Below, piece after piece: positions 55,201 through 64,000 of a stretch of DNA of 64,000 nt (within the stretch, counting starts at the first letter, position 1; every line of letters begins with the position of its first letter). Position numbers and translations under genes: made by a program. The notes beneath the pieces are model-generated. The model searched no databases, was not told the DNA's origin, and was given only the letters and a program-made list of their open reading frames with translations. Source of the stretch: Tubulanus polymorphus (lineage: Eukaryota > Animalia > Nemertea); assembly GCF_964204645.1 (NCBI RefSeq), contig NC_134027.1:4248485-4312484 (forward strand), in the 5' to 3' direction.

Positions 55201-57865
55201 GAAAATGCGCTTACATTCAGATGCGTTGAGATCACGTGTTTTGAGACAGAAAACCTTCATCACGATTATTGATAATTGCAATTAGTCCAAACAGAAAACT
55301 ATTGATAATCTTAATATAAATCTACGAACACGTGGCTGATTGATGTCTGGTTTCTATTCCAACGCATCATTCTAAAGACGAATCACCCCTGGACTATGAG
55401 GTATGGCAATCATTGACATCTGCATCAGTTTCTAACACGATATGAATTTACAAACCACATTTCATTAATCACCGTAACAAAACGATTTTACTCAGTGGTT
55501 ATTGCATCCTTTTGATTTCTCTTGCACCTTCGTAGATAGGTATCTGTCTAAACCCGATGCAACGGCTAATGTGGTTTTCACTAGTACAGTACTTAGCTTG
55601 TACAGGATTAAGTTTCAGTTTGATTTCAACGTTTTACCAGCTCTTCCAATTATTCTAGATCGAGCGATTCACTTAAAAAAACAATTAAAGCTTGCGCATG
55701 AAAAAGATAAATAAGCGCAGAGACGCATTGGGTTCGATAAATTGATGTTGAATTGATTGTTTTCGATTTTGAGCTGATGTAATTATAAACCTAGGCACCA
55801 GTAACGACAACTGCCATTGTCAGCCTGTCTCATTACGACGGGTGGAGTGTTTAATGGCGGATCTACGATTTCCGGGGAAGCAATAATAACGGATACAAAC
55901 ACTTTCCCCTCGGATGATGGTGCGGTAATCGTATTTTCTCGGCACACGTTTCAAGAAAATTCCGTAGGCGACAATGGAGATTGATAGAATTCCACGATTT
56001 GTGAATTCATAGTTTGAGGCTAGAGATTCATTAGTAAACGATGTAATTATAACGTAAAATGGTTCCTATCAACTTCGCTTTCGCGTTTGAAACAATTCCA
56101 TAGATGTCATTATCAAGAGTTATTACAATCATCAAAACGCGGCCCGGCGCGCGTTAGAAAACTTCCCAGGGAAATGATCAAATTGCGCCATCAAACTTAA
56201 AAACCATTAAAAATTATAACTTTCAAGTGGAAATACTGAGCCGATATGGGTGATAAATCTAGGATTATTTTTCGCCATAACAATCATAAATGTCTTAAGA
56301 ACGTATGTGAACTACGCAATGCACACCCCAGAGCTCCTAGTTCCGGTGAATATATTTCAACTCACATTAAACCACATTTACGACTGATTTATAAATCACA
56401 TAATTTTTGTATACTTTTATATTTTTAAAGGTAAATAAATATGTATGAAAAGAAAACCTTTTTTGAGAAACTTACCGTCAAAGGTGCTGTTGAGAATATA
56501 TTTCGTGAATAATTCGGTGCCATCAATCGGTTGCATTCGTTCGCATAGCTTGTATTCTCCAGGGCACAGGTCTCTGTGCATATTGTGTAGAGCGTACGCA
56601 AAAACGTAAACGGCATCGTATATGAACTGGGCCTTGCTTTCCGGCTGATAAATTCGGGACGTCAACTTTTCGTTTCCCGAACAAACGGTCGTAGTGTTAT
56701 CATGCGGATGAAACTGACATTCGTGGATATCTTCCCAATATTCAGTGAACCACGGGTTAACTGTATGGGTCCGAGGATGTAAACTTTTGAAGTAAATATC
56801 GTTAGACGGTATCGGGTTCGTTTGTAGCTCTATAGTTATTGCGCCTTCGGCTGCTAACTCGTTGCCTTTTACTGGACCTTCTTGAAGTCCCCAACCGTCA
56901 CTCGCAATCCAGGTAAACTGGTCAGTAACATTCTGTCTGGATGCCGCGTCCAACAGTTCCTTCGAATCCTCAAGTCTGATGAAAAGGATGACGACCTTCG
57001 CATTCGGTTTTCGTTGCAATTCGTGAATGATATTATCAAACGTCGAGTCTTTGGAATTAGCGGGAATTTTCACTTGAATAGCTATACAGATATTTCTGGC
57101 CCTGGCTTCCGCTGTAAAAGAATCGATGCCTGGCTCACCGTAATCACCATCTGATGCTACTGTTGAGACGTATGTCCAGTTGAAATGCTCAACTATGTCC
57201 ACCATTGCTTTGGCCTGAAATGTATCGGGTGGCAATGTCCTGGCGAAGAAATTGAAACGACCTTTATCACTCAGGGCTGCACTAGTAGAGGCATAACTTA
57301 TCTGTGGAATTTTAAAAAGGCGTAGGAGGTTTGCAACTTGTATCGAGACAGTACTGTACGCTCCTCCGACAACTCCGGCCACTGCTTTGAATGATGACTT
57401 GGGTTTTGCTTTTGAATTGTCAGAACAGATGAATTCCGATGCGTCTAAGGTGCTCATCGATGCCCGAACGTATTCAAGTGACTGTTCCAGAGCATAAGTT
57501 TCTCGAGAACACGTATCCAAAATATTAGCACCTAAAGTTATATTGGTCAAAATATCAGTCCTTGCGTTTATTTCGTTGATCGTGTACAACATAGTTTCAA
57601 GACGCTGGATTCCACGTTCGCCATTTAACAGTCCGCATGGTTTGTCTCCCGAGCCTTTCGTATGGACCGGGAACAGACCCCCTAATATAATGTCCCCGGG
57701 TATACGGACGGCTTTGTTCGACGGGTGATGCGTATCGTTGCGGTCTGGTTGGCCAGTTTCTAAATCCGTTCGGTATAAGTTCGTTACGCTACTAGTCACC
57801 AGTATGCTCGACAACATCAACAAAAACAAAAATCTTGGCGCCATCAGCCTAGTGACCTTACCCAT
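19256..57865 (-). CDS. GRM3: Metabotropic glutamate receptor (class C GPCR), group II (GRM2/GRM3, DmGluRA)-like, ~930 aa or more
   Basis: Exons 57865-56476 (signal peptide + Venus flytrap), 36772-35709 (end of VFT, Cys-rich domain, TM1-6), 23607-23412 (TM7 + proximal tail), 19930-19901 and 19368-19256 (distal tail ending ...DKDSLASV*). Phases 1,0,1,1 are consistent. Motifs: [70 protein letters not shown] (Tyr as in group II), [75 protein letters not shown]. The distal tail exons are less certain than the core. Confidence 0.95.
22544..22591 (-). CDS. Candidate mGluR C-tail cassette exon (48 nt, phase 1-1), extendable in frame to 22415
   Basis: Acceptor AACTTTCAG|CAG and donor GGCG|GTAAGA, encoding (A)[15 protein letters not shown]. 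Read-through stays open to a second donor CAAG|GTGTCT at 22415, or to a stop after ...LNHQGV. Confidence 0.55.
23412..23607 (-). CDS. GRM3: mGluR coding exon 3 (TM7 and proximal C-tail)
   Basis: Encodes [44 protein letters not shown]..., with acceptor TTTCAG and donor CATG|GTAAGT. Confidence 0.93.
24722..27164 (+). CDS. Nested lectin gene A: signal peptide - CTLD1 (with inserted WSC domain) - CTLD2 - GPI-like C-terminal signal, ~431 aa
   Basis: Nine GT-AG exons in continuous frame: 24722-24803 ([20 protein letters not shown]...), 24932-25174, 25514-25677, 25749-25884, 25967-26113, 26185-26406, 26508-26666, 26912-27034, 27145-27164 (1296 nt). CTLD motifs: LCYGF, AWTGI, WHW, CALL...WKERRC...FIC, YWIGA. 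WSC motifs: GCFED...CRNAC...[13 protein letters not shown]...[14 protein letters not shown]...YIYR. Lies antisense within mGluR coding intron 2. Confidence 0.88.
26707..26870. mobile_element. Tc1/mariner/pogo-type MITE remnant in intron 7 of lectin gene A
   Basis: Perfect 12-bp inverted repeat CTCGCCTAACTC (26714-26725) / GAGTTAGGCGAG (26846-26857). The right terminus is ...CGAGGTTGACCTG-TA, and GTCCGA(A/G)TT repeats internally. It is absent from the equivalent short intron of paralogue B. Confidence 0.7.
27615..30064 (+). CDS. Nested lectin gene B: signal peptide - CTLD1 (with inserted WSC domain) - CTLD2 - Ser/Thr mucin stalk - TM - short cytoplasmic tail, ~528 aa
   Basis: Nine GT-AG exons in continuous frame: 27615-27690, 27836-28078, 28153-28307, 28388-28523, 28693-28842, 28939-29160, 29234-29392, 29498-29837, 29959-30064 (1587 nt). 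Exons of 243, 136, 222 and 159 nt are identical in size to gene A. WSC: GCYED...CRKAC...[13 protein letters not shown]...[16 protein letters not shown]: [34 protein letters not shown] at 30122-30127. Confidence 0.9.
35709..36772 (-). CDS. GRM3: mGluR coding exon 2 (Cys-rich domain and TM1-TM6)
   Basis: Acceptor TTTCAG| at 36773/36772 gives (D)[24 protein letters not shown]. Donor GAG|GTAAGT at 35709/35708. Confidence 0.95.
56476..57865 (-). CDS. GRM3: mGluR coding exon 1 (signal peptide + Venus flytrap ligand-binding domain)
   Basis: Corresponds to ORF 56417..57865 up to the donor GACG|GTAAGT at 56476/56475. A splice acceptor at 58401/58400 suggests ~535 nt of 5' leader in the same exon. Confidence 0.95.
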
Positions 57866-60607
57866 AAAATAAATGAAGATTGTTTTTCCAGCAGAAGCGG
57901 TAGAACGCCTTCCATCAACACTCTCTATTTCGCAGACTCTATCGAACTCTTACAGATGTGTGTTTATCTCAACTTACGATGGTCCTATTAGTTCGGCAGC
58001 GTGATGGCCAAATATACTCCAGAGTGCGAGATGCAAATATAACCTCATTACGCATATCTCAAATCACAATGATTATGCTAAATATCATCACGTGTCAACT
58101 TTCACTACTGCTTTCATCAAAGCAAAACTTTTTTTCTATCGAAAGCTTTTTGTATTTTTCTTCCGCGTAAATGGCTTCATCCAAACGGGACAAGACGATT
58201 GACACGCGCGTACCGCTTGTAGATTTCACTGAACGCGTGACTTGATATTTTCCACTCTCTCAGTTTTTATCTCTTTCAACCGCTCACAGTGCCTGCGAGT
58301 CGACAAATGAAGACGGACGATTAGAACGAATCAATATGCAGCGGTGATACGCCACCATCGGTCGTTCATAGCGACACGTCTCTCTACACTGCCGGTTAGT
58401 CTGAAACGAAACGAATTAATACTTCCAACGTTATTTCACATAGAAAGCGGTGAACCCATAACCATCAATTGAAAACCGGTAATTTATCAATGAGTCACTG
58501 ATAGAGATTATGGATGCGATTGTCACTGTAATGTGAGTGAATACCGATAAAAAAGCGGGCTTATCTCATCTAGCATGTCTAGCTTATTCTTGTGAATAGA
58601 TCGTAACTATTTTTCTAATTAGATAATTGGATCCGACTTTATAATGGAATCAATCGCCATTAATTATCAGGAAATCACGGTGTCAGAGAGAATCATTTCT
58701 GAAGGGCACAGTCAGATATCCGTTCAATGCCCGACCAGTTCGGTTCGTATTCTTAATTCTATCCGAGCCGAGTTTATCAATGACAGTTCATTAAGACACT
58801 CATTATTTCGCCCGATGAACGATCTAGAAATAAAGCCAAACTTTATCGATGTTAATGTAGGCCTACTTTGAAATCAGGCATCCATCACAAACACGTTTAT
58901 GGTTTTCAAATGTTTAAATGAGCACCACAACATGAGAGTCCGAAAATTCCTGAAGATCACGATTAGGTATAGTCGAAACGTCGAATCAATAAACTATTAG
59001 CTTAAAGGGAACTTTTCGGACTTCATCGTTCTCGTCTTATTAGCTTGGTATTCTCTTTATAACGTTATAAAAAGGACATAGTGTATCATCAGTGGTTATT
59101 CAGTCTATCTAGGAAAAAATGTTACTGGCTATCACAGAATCATGGAAGTTCGTCGTGGATTATTATTCTGCGTCAGTTTCTACACCACCGCTGATATACA
59201 AGGTTAGCATTCGGAGGTAAACAAGCGCGCAGGTTTTTTACGAACTATTTGGCTTTTGTCACAAGCAGTGTACTGATGACAGGTTTAAAAACAACGGCCA
59301 ATATCCATCAGATATTTTGTTCACGCGAAATCGGCGCTGTCTTCAATTTGGTTACGGAAATTGCAAGAGTTGGCGACAAACACAGATACCATTAGTGAGG
59401 AAATAGTTACACACCACCGACATACAAACTGATAAAAATGAAATCTGATGACAATTCATGGTACGTCTGTCGCCAAGTGGCGATCTTTGTTAGCTATCGG
59501 TAATGACGGACTGTAGCTTATAAGCCGTCAAATTTGCTCGAAGGGACTGTATCTAAGATTCATTGTCGCGTTACGAATACCACTATATCGTGATTTTTTA
59601 TTGATTTTTTGATATTTTGAGAAATAAGTAATTAAGTCATCAAAAAGGTGATACAGGGACCGATGAGCCACGCAAAATCCACGCGTTATTTGCTCAAACA
59701 AGTCGAACTGACGCCTTTGATGTCTCCATACACCAAATTATAACCTTTCCCAGTTAATCAATCAGCGTTTTGTTGCCACATGGATAAAAACAAATTTTCT
59801 AAGCAAGTATAATTAGATTATTGATCGTCGAAATTCTCAGTAATTGTCGTCTTATCAGTAATGTGTAATTCAAACATTTCGATCCCCTTTTCATATAAAA
59901 ATGACCCAACTAATGTAACGTCAGACTTAACGATAGACGTTTGCAGTAGTTTTGGCGGCGTCGATATGTGACGATATTGAACGGCAGCAAGTGCAGTATA
60001 CGATCAATTGATACGACGGCTTTATGTACACAGAGTCAACAAGAAAATGTCTGAGAGGCTAATGTCAAAAAGCAACGCCCTAAAATGATGTTAAAATAGT
60101 GACAGAAATAGAAGCTATCGCTACCAGCTATAGATAATATACAGGTCGATTTTTCGTAGGCAAATCTGCCATCACGAATAATCATCATATCCTAAACATA
60201 TTTTCAAAGGAATTATAATTAACCGAATCTTCTATTCCGTTTCCAGAAAAGTTCTATATGGGTAAACTTTGATTAACTGCCAAACGACGAACGCCAACAG
60301 AGAGTGAGGAATTTGATTTCCCTTTTACAGCCCCGTTCAATAGACAAAATGATGAACACTTGGTTGGCTTTGATGACGCTATTCCGGCGGAATGTTAATT
60401 TCGGTATGTTTAATGGTTTTTGCTAGACATGGTAATCGGCGGTTATGGTGCCACAAAAAAGATCTAGTACAGATTCATTATCGGCGCAATTTTCTCCTTG
60501 AAAATGAAATCTGTTCTTCCGACTATTGTTTGGAAAATCCCCAAACAGTCATATCTACAGTATCACTATAGGTGAAGCGAAATAGATTTGATTTGAGAAA
60601 TAGAAAT

Positions 60608-61223
<616 letters not shown>

Positions 61224-63867
61224 ACGGGTATAAGTGGATTTACCATGATTTAACTCGGGGCAGCGAGTGCGTCGTAGATTCCAAATGACTTCACGCTGAG
61301 ATAGCTTTAATATCGCTACGCCGAAGAAATCCCCGATTATAATCGTTAAATTCCGAGTAATGAGCTGAGAGAGCAATATGATCCGTCTTGCAGCAATCTT
61401 CTTTCAAATACGGCTTGTTGGACTCGTCTGGGCTTCAACGGATTAGTTTCTTACGACTATACATTTTCATCGCCCTGCCAATAAACACTGCAGGGGACTT
61501 AATGGTCTCAAACACAAACATACATAGATCGTCACTGTTTCATTTTGACTTCATAAAAAAATGACATATATACTGACAAATCAGTTCATTTTCAATTATC
61601 TAAAATCTATTCATATTCAAATGAATATATAATCATGGCACAGGTTTCAATCGATACTTCCAAACGCATGCATATGTAATTTTGAGTATATATATATATA
61701 TAAATATATAAATATGTAAATAAATTAGAATGTTGTTCTATAATTCATTGTTCTTGGTTTGTATCGCTGCATTGGATGGAATTGCACAGGTTTCTAAAAG
61801 TACTTACTAGCTTCGTACATTCGGTTCGTTTTATTGGGTTATGACAATACGCATTGCGTGGCATTCCGATACAGAAACAATTCTTCTTCCAATCGCGATT
61901 TCCGATCGATGAAATCTATAGCCAATAATTAATGTGACGTAAAGATACACGTAGGTGCTAATTCTGCACTATCATTTGTTCCCAACACATGTTGCTTCAA
62001 GACGCCATGGCAAAGTGAAAATACCAACGTGAAAATTATTGATGCGACCACTACTAATATGTATGCATGTTTATCCGTATCAGCAAAAATCAGATCAGTC
62101 AATCAAACAATCTATCAACCCCTTTTAGTAACTTCTTCACATCTGACGATGGTCTTTTGAGAACCCGCTGAAACAACGTCCTTTTTTAAGCTTTGAATTC
62201 TAACTTTTGATAAATGAATCTCGTTTGAATCGCTTGGATTTTATTTCTATTGTCTATTCTTCCCGTTTGAGTGTGGCTATTCTCCTGCAATCTCGTCTCG
62301 GTTTTCAGTATAAAAAAAAAAATCTGTTTGAGTAAAGTCTTATATATCAGCTCTTTTTGAATATTTTCAATTCATTTGTTTTCTCACACGTACCTTTTAT
62401 CGGGTTACCACAGTAAAAAGGATCGTATCATACATAGCGTGTGAATGTCAAAATACGCAAGATGTTGTTCGGCGCCGAGTGAAAAAGTGACACAGCTGCT
62501 CCTGAACTGAACAACTGGTATTAATTGCTGCTGGCTATGTACATGCCGATGATAATGCGAAATTTATATAATATTCACTTATTATTCGATAATTTGCAAA
62601 TAATAGTGAATTAGTCGCGCGATACCCTATAGCAGCCATGCGGTCATGTGTTTCAGTCAGGTGACGACGCCATGTCGACGGTAGAGGTAGGAAATCGTGA
62701 TTAGACTAAACCAAAACACTAGCCCCAACTTAGCACGGCCTCTTGAGCTAGAGAGTTGGTTAGCTCAATCACGGATAAGCCGTCTAACCACGTTTAGACC
62801 AAAGCCCAACGCACATGACGCAGGGTATGACGGAAGACAGGAGACATAAACATATTTCCGAGCCGAGCGTTTTCCTGTGACGTATGTGCGTCAATACGTT
62901 GATACTGTTTTACTGCAGCGTTCGCTCCTGACGGTCGCCTACGTGCACAGCGAAAGGTTTTTTTGGTTATGATTAGAACACAACATTAAATTAACAAAAA
63001 GGCTTTGAAAGATATGCGCACGCCTTAGAATTTGATCGAACATGAAATCTACGGCTTTTGCTTCAAAGTTATTAAATATTGCTTATGGAATTCTTATCTC
63101 TTTAATTTACCCAAATCGTAGTTCTACCGACATCATGCAATCCGCTTTCAGATTGACTACAAATGCAACTGAACTCCATCAAAGTAAACTGATTATCCCA
63201 TCATTTTTTTGTTCTATTGGAACATGTTCTTCTTATGATTCAGATTCCCAGGGCGAAGCTTGCTCGTTGTATAGAGCGTGTAAGGATTTTGTTTATAATT
63301 CAAGGTGCTGCGCAGTAAACTGAACCTAAAATCAATCGGTTGCTAATGAGATTTTACATGAAAGTTTCCACCATGATATAATAGCTGAGATTTGATTTCG
63401 ACAAGAGGCTATCAGGAAGAATTACAATCATAACTGTGCCCGAGTTGAAATTGATATCTATAAAAAAGTACTTGATAATGGGTTTAAATCACTTTAAGAA
63501 CTTAAATGTTTCGTGAAAGGCAACTTGGAAACAGAGTAAACAGAACTGTTATGGTGACATGCACTCACCGAGGAGCAAGCGGAAAACTATTGCAGGAAGA
63601 AATTAATAAATCTAATCTGCTATACTCGACATCGGTGAATGTAACCATTGGTTTGTAAATGATGCGAGAACGTTTTTTGCCAGTCGACAATAATTTGCGG
63701 GAGCAGTTTTTCAAATAACCACATTAAACAACGTGTGCATCGTTGTAAGTAACGCAAATGGCGCGAGCGTAATGCAATGCGATGCCATTATTTGTCTCAA
63801 AAATACATAAAACCCAGTGGTCCGAAAATCAAGACGCCATAGGACGAACTAAGCGTCAGACGCTTAC

Positions 63868-63933
63868 CTAACAAGTTTATAGATTTGATGTTTTATCGAA
63901 CTAACAAGTTTATAGATTTGATGTTTCATCGAA
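63868..63933. repeat. 33-bp direct tandem duplication
   Basis: CTAACAAGTTTATAGATTTGATGTTT(T/C)ATCGAA occurs twice (63868-63900 and 63901-63933) with one mismatch. Confidence 0.9.
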
Positions 63934-64000
63934 ACTAACGCTATAACAATGGTGTTGATTCAGAGAGGCAAAATGCGTACACGGAATGGTGAAAATTGAC

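Noticed and set aside
36773-56475. Many 60-120 aa ORFs in the 19.7-kb mGluR intron 1 (e.g. 37985..38287, 40502..40834, 47238..47585, 49118..49489)
   Set aside because: No recognisable domains, no chain of phase-compatible splice sites and no transposase or RT motifs. Consistent with chance ORFs.
63868-63933. 33-bp direct repeat resembling a CRISPR repeat in length
   Set aside because: Only two adjacent copies with no spacer, in a eukaryotic context with no cas genes.

Overview
AT-rich, intron-containing animal genomic DNA, most likely an invertebrate bilaterian (a spiralian/lophotrochozoan is my guess; the species cannot be fixed from sequence). I reconstructed six protein-coding genes by hand from GT-AG splice sites and phase continuity. 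(1) A PTPN1/PTPN2 (PTP1B/TC-PTP)-type tail-anchored tyrosine phosphatase, minus strand, 9 exons, ~460 aa. (2) A head-to-head uncharacterised ~341-aa protein with a Lys-rich N-terminus, EF-hand-like pair and probable ubiquitin-like C-terminal domain, plus strand. (3) A WWP1/ITCH/Su(dx)-type C2-4xWW-HECT E3 ligase, minus strand, 20 coding exons, ~822 aa. (4) A group II-like metabotropic glutamate receptor, minus strand, ~39 kb coding span, with several candidate alternative C-tail exons. (5, 6) Two tandem paralogous cell-surface lectin genes nested antisense in mGluR coding intron 2. The most unusual element is this nested pair: in both proteins a complete WSC domain is inserted as a phase-1/phase-1 module into the middle of the first C-type lectin domain. 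One paralogue ends in a GPI-like signal and the other in a mucin stalk, TM helix and cytoplasmic tail. The window also contains several MITE-like inverted-repeat elements, a ~610-bp polypurine GA tract, twin B-box motifs next to the E3 promoter and a cluster of TGACGTCA sites. No rRNA, tRNA, CRISPR array or autonomous transposon was recognised.
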